Part shown: one piece after another, positions 49,513-58,356 of the stretch
Numbering within the stretch: position 1 is the stretch's first letter
How the letters are laid out: each line of letters opens with the position of its first letter
DNA from: Bacteriovoracaceae bacterium
GTDB taxonomy: Bacteria > Bdellovibrionota > Bacteriovoracia > Bacteriovoracales > Bacteriovoracaceae
NCBI GenBank assembly: GCA_048270185.1
Contig: JBLWTJ010000001.1
Coordinates: forward strand, 1,600,001 to 1,664,000
DNA length: 64,000 nt
Direction of reading: 5' to 3'
Made by a program: the position numbers and the translations under genes
Notes under the pieces: model-generated
What the model was told of the DNA's origin: nothing
The model's input: the letters and a program-made list of their open reading frames with translations, nothing else
Databases searched by the model: none

Positions 49513-51168
49513 TTATTTTGCTATTCTTTTAAATTTGAAAGCCCATAGTATTTTATCGCTTCCCTTTTCTCTTTGAAAGAATTTATTCTGATAAATCTCT
49601 ATTCCATTAATTGAAGCCAATTTAATTATTTCTTCCGGTTTTAGCTCTCCCCAAAGGAGATACCAACCAGACCAAGAGTCTTTGACAGGGACAACAAAGT
49701 CTCCTTTTTCTACGAAGTGTAGAACGTGAAGAAAAGAATCAAATTTACCATCATCAATTAAGTTATATAAATGAACAGGTGTAACCTGCTCTCTAGATAC
49801 ATATTCATAGCGACCGACATCACTTACCCCAATAGTAAAAGGACTCCTAATACCTTGTTCATTTGCATAATCAATATAGGATTGTGTTAGTTTCATATCG
49901 TGCCAACTAACTGGTGTTGTTGAATTATACGCAATCATTGCACTTATTAGCTGGGTGACAATAATGGCCACAATTGTAACAGCTATTGCCTTAAACCTCT
50001 CATAGCGAAGTAGTAGCTTATGAATAATAATCCCCAACATAAAACTGGCCAATAAGCTCATCGGATAGAGGTATATTTCGTAATTACCATTTAGTTGAAG
50101 AGAGAAAAGTAAACTTATATTAAATAGTAAGAGCGCAATAGAGCCTCTTAACAGTAATGAACCTCTTGCGCCCTTTTCTTTGATATCTATATATAAAAAA
50201 TAAGAAAAAGAAATTAGACCTAGAATAATAAGTACATAAGAAAGAATAGATAAGTTCGAGATTCGATAGTTTTGATAAAAGTTAATATCAGTAAAGTAAG
50301 ATACTATTAATTTATCATAAGTAAAAAATCTTGCTAGAGTGATAAAGTATTTAGAGAAATCAATAGTACCTGCGTACATTTGCGCTTCGTTCGCAAGACT
50401 TCCCCACTCCATCATTATAAATTGAGGTAGAGCTCCTATAATAAAGGGTACAACTATAATTCTCCTATTCTTCCAAAAAACTTCAAAGTAAAGTACTAAA
50501 ATTGCAATAAAAGACCAAAGAAAGTTCAAACGAATATAGAAGCCAAAACCTAAGATAAAACCGACCGCAGCTAACTTCCAAACTTCTTGTCTCTTTGATG
50601 CCAGAATATTGAAGCAAATCAACATAAAGACATTCATAATTGGCTCTGTAACAAAGATTGCAAAAGAAAAATATTCTCTAACATCAATCACAAATAGTAA
50701 TGATGCTATTAGAGTGAGAGACAAACTATTGAAAGATATCCATACCCACCTTATAAATAAGTAAAGACAGAGAGTACCAAACAACAAATGCCACAAAAGG
50801 AAGCCGTACTTAGGGCCAAATATTTTTGACCATTGCCCAAATAAGAAGACACTTAATCCACCATGTTTCTCTTCTAACATTAGAGGTAATATCCTCTTAC
50901 TTCCTGCAAATTTATAATTATATACGGGAGGTAAACTATCATATTTGAAACCTGAATCTACTTTCGAGATTTCTCTGAATGACAATTCTGAAAATTTCAG
51001 TTCATTGTAATTATCAACCGAAGTAACAACATTAGGTTTTGCGGAAAGAACACCATTAAAGCTATCAGAAGAAACAAGTGGATTTGTTTGAAAGAAAGAA
51101 AAATAAACCAGTATATATGAAAATATACTGGTTATGATTATGTATTTAAGATTATATTTTGCTTTCAA
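49513..51168 (-). CDS. Polytopic membrane protein, ArnT/PMT (GT-C)-like
   Basis: Periplasmic loop followed by many TM; VTEP, GFILGFGFYIRLNF pattern typical of GT-C; TTG start 3 nt after the pilin stop. Confidence 0.58.
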   Translation of the reverse strand: MKAKYNLKYIIITSIFSYILVYFSFFQTNPLVSSDSFNGVLSAKPNVVTSVDNYNELKFSELSFREISKVDSGFKYDSLPPVYNYKFAGSKRILPLMLEEKHGGLSVFLFGQWSKIFGPKYGFLLWHLLFGTLCLYLFIRWVWISFNSLSLTLIASLLFVIDVREYFSFAIFVTEPIMNVFMLICFNILASKRQEVWKLAAVGFILGFGFYIRLNFLWSFIAILVLYFEVFWKNRRIIVVPFIIGALPQFIMMEWGSLANEAQMYAGTIDFSKYFITLARFFTYDKLIVSYFTDINFYQNYRISNLSILSYVLIILGLISFSYFLYIDIKEKGARGSLLLRGSIALLLFNISLLFSLQLNGNYEIYLYPMSLLASFMLGIIIHKLLLRYERFKAIAVTIVAIIVTQLISAMIAYNSTTPVSWHDMKLTQSYIDYANEQGIRSPFTIGVSDVGRYEYVSREQVTPVHLYNLIDDGKFDSFLHVLHFVEKGDFVVPVKDSWSGWYLLWGELKPEEIIKLASINGIEIYQNKFFQREKGSDKILWAFKFKRIAK

Positions 51169-51171
51169 ACC

Positions 51172-53241
51172 TTACTGAAGGCCACAACAAATAAAACGTG
51201 TTCGGTAAGCGTGATTACCACTAGCAAGATAGATACGTTGACGATAAAAACCTTTTACAATAGGTTTTGTCGAAGGACACTGGTAATAAGCCTCTACAGC
51301 AGTACCTGCAGTACTATTTGATGGGTTTACGTTTGTGTGAATATATTGAAAATCAAGACCAGAGTTAGCACACGACACAACAGATGGAACAGGCCAGCTT
51401 GATTTACAAACAGAGCCGATACAAACCGAAGTACATGAGTTAGAATAGTTACACTTATCATTAGAGTCGTTGACACAATAAAGTGAGATCTGAGTTCCTA
51501 TTGTCTTTGCACCTCTTACAACTTGCCCACTACCACAAAGAGTATATCCAGATCCAGTTGTAACAGTACCAAAACTTCGATACGCCAAAATTGCATCTCT
51601 GATCGATGTATACTTATCCTGAGCTGTTCCAGCATCATTTAATAAATGTTGAAGAATAGCTTTTCTTTCATCTGCACCAAAAGAAGTCGCTAAAGTTCTA
51701 TATACCCATTCTTTAGTTACGAAACGACTATTATTTGCTCCATAATCACCAATTTGCGAATAAGTGAAATTAGAAATTAAATGTCCACCAGCATCTAAGT
51801 AGGCAGCATTCACACCATCCCTCTGAAGGCGTACAGTATTTACACCATTAATATTAACGTTCTGACCAGTGAGTGTATGAGTCCCAGCAGAAGTCGTATT
51901 GATATTTGCAGAGGCATTAGTATTAATATCTGTAGAGGCATTAGTATTAATTTCTCCAGTAATATCAACAGTCATTCCAGCAGAACCGTTCACATCGACA
52001 ACACCAGCAGCGTTGACCTCAACTTCTCCCGCTGAGGAAGTTATTGTATTCTTCCCACCTGACTCATTCGTTATGAAACCAGCTGCATCGTTAGAGATAT
52101 TTCCAGTGACAGTATTTAAATCATCTCCTGTTATATTTGTAGTTTTTGAGCCTCCAAAAGTCTCATTGATAGTACCATTCGTATTGATATTTGTTGCCGG
52201 TGCTAAGTAGTTAAGATCAGCTGATACGGCACCTGTTATATTTATAGTTGGATTATCTGTTGTTGCAGCACCTAGATGAAGATTTTTTTCAACCCATAAT
52301 GAACCAGCGTCAGTTGGTTGAGCCATTGAGCCAGCATTAACAGAAATGACAACCCCACCAGTATTGGCAATTGCCGCGGCATCATCATACTTTGTACCAT
52401 AGAACCTAGTAGGTCCATCAATATTAAGAGAGTACTGTTGGGCATTGGCAGGAGCATCAAAAGCAGCTGAAGGTAGAGTATTTCTATTCTTCATTACAAA
52501 ATTTCGACAAGTCCCATCATCTTCGAAAAATGTCCCCCCCATCGACACACACGTTGCCTGAGCGTAATCAAGACGATCTCCGAAACACTTCTCAATGACA
52601 CCAGCTGTTGTCGTAACAACATTAAGCTTAATGGAAGTACGCATCTCAAGCGCACCAAAAGAAGATTTTTGAATTGCATCCTGCTGTTCTGCAGTAAGTG
52701 CACCTGTACGGCCACTCTTTCTTAAGTTTACAACAAGACTGATCTCCCCTCTTCTTCTAGTTTGTGGAACACCGTTACCATCAACATAAGAGAATGTATC
52801 AAATGAAACTCCATCCGCACCACATGTATGATTTGTATATGTTGCAGGGTTTGTATCATTACAATAGCCAAATATTCTAATATCTCGAATTGTTAAAGCT
52901 TCACCGGCATTACCGATTTGATCATCAATATTGAAAGTTGGGTTTACAGCGCCAACCTTTTTAATACCGGCGAGTACAGGTGTTCCCGGTGCGGCATCGA
53001 CGGCCAAGCCTCCCAATGTCTCAGTACAGTTATCTTCACTAAGCATTAACGTAGCAAGTCTATTCTTAAAAGAGTTTGCCTCAAAGTCCTGACGTACTTT
53101 CTTCGTCCCACGGTTAATATTACTCATGATCTGTGTTACCGCTACAGATAAAACCCCAAGAAGTCCTGCTGCAACCATAACCTCAACGAGGGTGAAACCT
53201 TTGGTACCAAGAAATTTAAACTTACGTTGTCTTTTCATCAT
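51172..53241 (-). CDS. Large type IV prepilin-like protein with octapeptide-repeat segment and Cys-rich C-terminus
   Basis: Basic leader, then G/FTLVEVMVAAGLLGVL (class III signal, E5); Gly-periodic repeats at about aa 356-459; Cys-rich tail. Confidence 0.85.
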   Translation of the reverse strand: MMKRQRKFKFLGTKGFTLVEVMVAAGLLGVLSVAVTQIMSNINRGTKKVRQDFEANSFKNRLATLMLSEDNCTETLGGLAVDAAPGTPVLAGIKKVGAVNPTFNIDDQIGNAGEALTIRDIRIFGYCNDTNPATYTNHTCGADGVSFDTFSYVDGNGVPQTRRRGEISLVVNLRKSGRTGALTAEQQDAIQKSSFGALEMRTSIKLNVVTTTAGVIEKCFGDRLDYAQATCVSMGGTFFEDDGTCRNFVMKNRNTLPSAAFDAPANAQQYSLNIDGPTRFYGTKYDDAAAIANTGGVVISVNAGSMAQPTDAGSLWVEKNLHLGAATTDNPTINITGAVSADLNYLAPATNINTNGTINETFGGSKTTNITGDDLNTVTGNISNDAAGFITNESGGKNTITSSAGEVEVNAAGVVDVNGSAGMTVDITGEINTNASTDINTNASANINTTSAGTHTLTGQNVNINGVNTVRLQRDGVNAAYLDAGGHLISNFTYSQIGDYGANNSRFVTKEWVYRTLATSFGADERKAILQHLLNDAGTAQDKYTSIRDAILAYRSFGTVTTGSGYTLCGSGQVVRGAKTIGTQISLYCVNDSNDKCNYSNSCTSVCIGSVCKSSWPVPSVVSCANSGLDFQYIHTNVNPSNSTAGTAVEAYYQCPSTKPIVKGFYRQRIYLASGNHAYRTRFICCGLQ
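51910..51951. repeat. Direct repeat AGAGGCATTAGTATTAAT x2, 24-nt period (encodes INTNAS)
   Basis: Identical 18-mers at 51910-51927 and 51934-51951. Confidence 0.85.
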
Positions 53242-53441
53242 TTTCTCTCATGTAATAGTTAAATAAATTATAACTCGATATCAATTTGCACCTATTCAAT
53301 TAGAGGTATTGGGCCCAAATTGTGAAAATATCATCATAAACATATAATATTACATATATCCATCTGATGCAGAAAAATCTCAAACACTCAATTGTTGCCT
53401 AGAATCATTGGCATGTTAAAATAGGTAAACAACTTTAAGGT

Positions 53442-53789
53442 ATGGAAATTATGAAGAAGATTTTTATATATTTATCATTTGTCATGTTATTCCAGAGCTG
53501 TTTGCTCAAGAAAGTCCAAGAATTTAATGAAGATAAACGTTCTAACGACAATACAGACACTAAAATGGATGTAATAGGACGCGGTTACTTTACACATGAA
53601 TCGCAGATATATTTTTCAAATGGAAATGATGCCTTTTGCGCCCTAGAGAGTTGGGAACAACTAGAGTCCTTCTTAAGTAAAGAAAGTATAACTAATCTAG
53701 GTGAACTCGAATTACCTACAATGCAAAAAATGCAAGGACGTTGTACAGAAGAGCTTGTATTTGGGGAGCTTAAATTACTTAGTAAATAG
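53442..53789 (+). CDS. Putative lipoprotein
   Basis: MKKIFIYLSFVMLFQSC lipobox; TGtTAAAAT at 53414-53422 upstream. Confidence 0.7.
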   Translation: MEIMKKIFIYLSFVMLFQSCLLKKVQEFNEDKRSNDNTDTKMDVIGRGYFTHESQIYFSNGNDAFCALESWEQLESFLSKESITNLGELELPTMQKMQGRCTEELVFGELKLLSK

Positions 53790-53795
53790 AGCATC

Positions 53796-55193
53796 ATGCA
53801 AAAGTTTAAAAATTATATCCCCTTTATTCTTTTAACTCTAATGGCAATATCCGTCATTCAACTTATATATTTAAGTCATATAAATACAATTAAATATCAC
53901 AAAGAGTTTATTAACTTAAAAACAATTAATAAATATGTTCCCCTTATGGGTGCAGATGAATTCATGACATCAACGGTATCTTTAAATAAGCAATCACTCA
54001 ACCTTGGTGCCTGGCAGGGTTATCATGAGTTAACTTTAAAAGAAGACATTGATATAAAAGACATAGAAATTCAATTTACTACACCAGAAACAAGACGACT
54101 TGAATTGATATTTAAGACAGATCAAGGTGAATATCTATTAAGAGTAACTAATAGCAAGCTCTATCCTTCCATTTTCACCAAACTACAAGCACAAAGATTT
54201 ACAGAAAAGAAAAGATTAAATATTCAAAAATTAATAGAGAAGAATACCCTTAAAGTAGAAAAAAACAATCAAGTATTCGTTATCACATTAAACAATAAAA
54301 TCATCCATCGTTTTAGTCCAAAATATATCTCAAATATCGTACTAAAAGGCAGTCAAAGTACTACAACAATAAAGAATATAAAGATAAATGATAATGTCTA
54401 CTCATTTTCAATCTTCCATAATTGGCAACTTTCAATCATACCATCTCTCTGCGCACTAATAATATTACTTATAATTATCTCACTAATGAGTCGTTATACT
54501 TCCAAAGATTATTCACGCTCATTACTACTATTCTACATTAATATAGCACTAACAACATACTTTGCGTATCACTTCTATGTACAAGCAGGCCGTTACCCTG
54601 AGACCACAAAAGAAAGTCAAATAGAGGAAGAATTATTAATAAAGAACGAATTTGCAAGAATAGAAGAACTTATTAATAAGTCCAATATCGCACCTAGACT
54701 TTTTATCGGATCATCCCAGACGTTCGGCGAAGGAGCTAGTACAAAAAAAGAAACATGGGTCAATCAGCTTTGCCAAAATAATTGTATCAATTCAGGCATT
54801 AGATCTGCAACAACACAAGATTTTTTAGACAATTTTAAGATCTATCAAAATACAAAATTTTCAAAAGTATTTATCAATCTTGCGTATAACGATACTCAAA
54901 GTGATACTCATTCGGCAAACATGAGGAAACTCGTTCAAGAATTCAAACAAATTTCAGAGCAGGTCATACTAATAATAGAGCCCTACAATACGGTATTTAA
55001 CAAATTATCAATTAATCAAGAAAACATAGTAAATACCTGCCAAGAAGCGCAGATTAAATGTATTAATCCAATGAATGAACTTACTGAAAAATATGACAGT
55101 GGTTTTATATGGTGGGATATGATTCACCTAACAGACTATGGTCAGAAGCTAATGGCTGATATCATCAACAAAAGCTTACGTCAAAATTACTAA
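53796..55193 (+). CDS. Membrane-anchored SGNH/GDSL hydrolase-family protein
   Basis: FIGSSQTFG (block I), NSG, NLAYND, DMIH; three TM segments before the catalytic domain. Confidence 0.75.
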   Translation: MQKFKNYIPFILLTLMAISVIQLIYLSHINTIKYHKEFINLKTINKYVPLMGADEFMTSTVSLNKQSLNLGAWQGYHELTLKEDIDIKDIEIQFTTPETRRLELIFKTDQGEYLLRVTNSKLYPSIFTKLQAQRFTEKKRLNIQKLIEKNTLKVEKNNQVFVITLNNKIIHRFSPKYISNIVLKGSQSTTTIKNIKINDNVYSFSIFHNWQLSIIPSLCALIILLIIISLMSRYTSKDYSRSLLLFYINIALTTYFAYHFYVQAGRYPETTKESQIEEELLIKNEFARIEELINKSNIAPRLFIGSSQTFGEGASTKKETWVNQLCQNNCINSGIRSATTQDFLDNFKIYQNTKFSKVFINLAYNDTQSDTHSANMRKLVQEFKQISEQVILIIEPYNTVFNKLSINQENIVNTCQEAQIKCINPMNELTEKYDSGFIWWDMIHLTDYGQKLMADIINKSLRQNY

Positions 55194-55225
55194 ATATGTT
55201 ATGATGAATTGCATAAGGAAAAACT

Positions 55226-55729
55226 ATGAAAATCATTTTAATATTTATATTCATCAACTTTATTCCTCTGGCCAATGAGCTACAAAGTAAAGAAGAAACT
55301 AATAATTCAAAATTAATGAATGTCTTTTCTAAGAAAGATGCTAGTTTTCTTGAAGAAGCGTGCATTAAGAAAATTGATTATGTATTCACTATCATTGATG
55401 GAGTTAATTCGATAAACAAAGAAAAATCTATTACAAACCTAAAAAGTAAATATATCCTCGATCAACATGCTTTTCATTTTGACATCAAGATTCTTACCGA
55501 AAAATACAATAATAAAAAATCAAAAGCATATTTCGATGAACTTCTAAAGATCACAAAAAAATATAATATCGACCCACTTAATAAATGTATGATTGATACT
55601 TATCGTGTATTAATGGCCAGACAAGAGTGCCTTAAGTCAGCTAATACTGCGGATAAGAAAAAGAGTTGCGAAGATGGGTTTAAAATTGCTGACGAGAATA
55701 TTCTAGGATTATTCTTCAGTAAAAAATAA
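55226..55729 (+). CDS. Hypothetical secreted protein
   Basis: Signal-peptide-like N-terminus, AAGGA RBS, four Cys. Confidence 0.55.
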   Translation: MKIILIFIFINFIPLANELQSKEETNNSKLMNVFSKKDASFLEEACIKKIDYVFTIIDGVNSINKEKSITNLKSKYILDQHAFHFDIKILTEKYNNKKSKAYFDELLKITKKYNIDPLNKCMIDTYRVLMARQECLKSANTADKKKSCEDGFKIADENILGLFFSKK

Positions 55730-56740
55730 GAACTCATAGTCACCATAGTAGTCATTCTTATCAAATAGGTACTCCCACTCTCTTGGTGATAGAAAGCTTT
55801 CACATGTTAAGGCCCAGCACTGAAGATTACATAATTCCTCTTCATTTCGATATGATTCAACTGCAAGATAAGATTTCTTTGATACTCGAGTCATTTCTTT
55901 CAAGGCTGCTTCAAGCTCAGGAAGTTCAAAGTTATGAAAGACCATAAGAGATATTGCTAGATCGAATTCCTTATGGCCAAAATCCAACCCTTCTCTAATA
56001 TCTACGACTTTTAAAAACGCCCTTACTTCTTCTTTAGCATCATCAATTGCATGATTTGAAATATCAATTCCTGTAATAGATATGCCTGGCAAGATTCTTT
56101 TAATCTCAAACAAGAGATGGGCCTTTCCACAACCAAGATCTAGGACACTAGACTCATTTGTGAGTCGATACTTATCAATGATCATTTCGGCTAAAGGTTT
56201 CCAACGTCCATCATATTGGTAGCCACCATAACCATATTTTCGCTCACCATCCCAATAATCAAAGTCATATTTTTTTGAAATTTTCATTTCGGATGGCTTC
56301 GTTGCAGACATTCTGGCGAAATAATCTCGTTTTGTGGCGGTATGAAGAGATGTTAGTAGTTCAACACATTTTCCTCTTTTATTTTCTAGAAAGTAATTTA
56401 ATTCATCAAGGTCACTTTCAGTATTTAAGATATAATCTTCACTAACAAAGTGTATTTCAAAATTCTTTTCTTTAACCTTCTTAATGAACTTAGAATACGG
56501 AAATCCTCTATTCTTTAGTATCGAAAGACTAAAAAAAAGTAACTTAGATCCATTTAAACTATCTTCTAGTAAACTATTAAGACTATGCCAGCTTCCATTG
56601 AGGTTAACTTCAGTCATACCAAAACAGAATTCTAACTCTCTTTGAGAACAATATGATCGAAAGACCATATTTTGAATACGATGAGGAACAAATGATCCAT
56701 CAATAACTGAAGAATATAAATAACTATATGCTTTCATCAT
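55709..56740 (-). CDS. Fusion of a LIC12192-family 'sporadic carbohydrate cluster' domain and a class I SAM methyltransferase
   Basis: N-terminal VPHRIQNMVFRSYC...TE; C-terminal TKRDY, DYWDGERKYGYGGY, LDLGCGKA, ESYRN, CWALTC. Confidence 0.7.
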   Translation of the reverse strand: MMKAYSYLYSSVIDGSFVPHRIQNMVFRSYCSQRELEFCFGMTEVNLNGSWHSLNSLLEDSLNGSKLLFFSLSILKNRGFPYSKFIKKVKEKNFEIHFVSEDYILNTESDLDELNYFLENKRGKCVELLTSLHTATKRDYFARMSATKPSEMKISKKYDFDYWDGERKYGYGGYQYDGRWKPLAEMIIDKYRLTNESSVLDLGCGKAHLLFEIKRILPGISITGIDISNHAIDDAKEEVRAFLKVVDIREGLDFGHKEFDLAISLMVFHNFELPELEAALKEMTRVSKKSYLAVESYRNEEELCNLQCWALTCESFLSPREWEYLFDKNDYYGDYEFLFFTEE

Positions 56741-57455
56741 CTATATCCCTCTCATATTTAATTGCGAGTCTTGTTTGTATCGATAAATTGATTTTTTCAA
56801 AATACTCAAATAACTTCTTATCGTGATAAGGACTGTGAAAGTTCTTAAAACGAAGATTTAGGCTCACACGCGTAAGCTCTTCTTCATTAACAATATTTCC
56901 ATGAATTAGACCAGGAAAGAAGAAAAGGGCCTGGCCCTCTTTTAGTTCAACAAATTGCCTATTCTCTTTATATTTTTCTTCAATTGAAGAAAGAGTACGA
57001 CTCTTCTTCATTTCTTTGATGATTTGTATCGAATCCTCATATGAGTATAGATAGAAAGATTGTGATTTACTCACGTCCACAAGAGGTATCCATACAACGA
57101 CCTCATAGGGTGAATTACCACAAAGTACATCAGAATGTAGAGGTTGAAGAAAGTCTCCATTTCCAGGAAGATGAATATTTATATTAATTTTTTTCTGAAT
57201 TGCTAATTCTACACCAACGATCTCACTTAGCTGAGACTTTAACTGTTGGTAAATATCTTCTTTGACTTCTTTTATTGATATCTCTGAAATGGCCTTAAGA
57301 CGAATTTCATTAATTTTCGGACCATCAAGTTCACGATGAAGAGTAGAGAAATTAGAAGTACCAACGACCGAAGCGAAGACTTTTTTAATTAAGTCAGGGT
57401 TAAACTCACAAATAGTATAACCTTTTTCGAGGTAGTCTTGTGAATTAAACATCAA
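56724..57455 (-). CDS. 2OG-Fe(II) oxygenase, 'sporadic carbohydrate cluster' type (PhyH-like)
   Basis: LHSD...GNSPYEVVVWIPL...IHGN...TRVSLNLRFK (HxD...H...R). Confidence 0.8.
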   Translation of the reverse strand: MMFNSQDYLEKGYTICEFNPDLIKKVFASVVGTSNFSTLHRELDGPKINEIRLKAISEISIKEVKEDIYQQLKSQLSEIVGVELAIQKKININIHLPGNGDFLQPLHSDVLCGNSPYEVVVWIPLVDVSKSQSFYLYSYEDSIQIIKEMKKSRTLSSIEEKYKENRQFVELKEGQALFFFPGLIHGNIVNEEELTRVSLNLRFKNFHSPYHDKKLFEYFEKINLSIQTRLAIKYERDIDDESI

Positions 57456-58356
57456 AACGTTCCTTAATAATTGTCCCCATTCTTTCTGGAGTCAGACCTA
57501 ACTGTGCAAAAATCTCTTCTTGTCTTCCATAAATACTTGGATAGCCTTCACCAAGGTGAAAGTGATGAAAATTCTTATTTATCCCATTATCAAAAAGAGT
57601 CGATTTAACACGAGAGCCAAGTCCCCCCTTTTCGAGATGTTCTTCAATAACAACGATATTTTCATACTTGTCTAAATAGTTAACTAACTCATCACTAGCA
57701 AATGGTTGGACCGTTGCAAAATGAAGAACTGAAATAGAATTATTATCATTTTGAATATCAAGACATCGCTGAAGCATAATTCCGGTTGTTATAATTAATG
57801 TACGTCCTAAGCTCTCGCTTGGGTAATAAAGTGCTTTTCCAATTTCAATATCATGACCCTTTGTTACAACTGGATCTCCACCTTTACCAAGACGGATATA
57901 AACAGGACCTTGATGAGATTCCGTTTTCTTAATCAATTGATTCATCTCATTAGCATCAGCGGGTGCAAGAATAGTTAAATTTGGTAATGTTTCTAAGATT
58001 GAAAAATCATCCACACAAGTATGAGTATGCCCTAATGGGCCGTAAACGAGGCCGCCTCCATTTCCATAAAGTCTTACATTGAGATTCTCATAGCAAATAT
58101 CAAGAGCAAGTTGTTCAAAGGCGCGCTTTACGATAAATGAAGCGATTGTATTCACATAAACAATATTACCACTTAAGGCCATTCCTGCGGCCATTCCAAG
58201 AACGTGCCCTTCACTAATTCCTTCCATAAAGAATTGCTCTGGTGCTTGTTCTTTTAGATCAGATAAAACATCAGGACCAAGATCAGAGCCAATAAAGACC
58301 ACGTCCTTATTTTTTAAGGCAAGTTCTGAAATAGTATTTAAACCTGTCTTTCTCAT
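57445..58356 (-). CDS. Transketolase C-terminal subunit, pair 2
   Basis: GSDLG, MEGISEG, RAFEQ, GPLGHTH, YIRLGKG, EEH..GGLGS. Confidence 0.92.
   Translation of the reverse strand: MRKTGLNTISELALKNKDVVFIGSDLGPDVLSDLKEQAPEQFFMEGISEGHVLGMAAGMALSGNIVYVNTIASFIVKRAFEQLALDICYENLNVRLYGNGGGLVYGPLGHTHTCVDDFSILETLPNLTILAPADANEMNQLIKKTESHQGPVYIRLGKGGDPVVTKGHDIEIGKALYYPSESLGRTLIITTGIMLQRCLDIQNDNNSISVLHFATVQPFASDELVNYLDKYENIVVIEEHLEKGGLGSRVKSTLFDNGINKNFHHFHLGEGYPSIYGRQEEIFAQLGLTPERMGTIIKERFDV

Noticed and set aside
51910..51951. Direct repeat as CRISPR or att site
   Set aside because: Only two in-frame copies inside a coding repeat; no spacers, cas genes or integrase.
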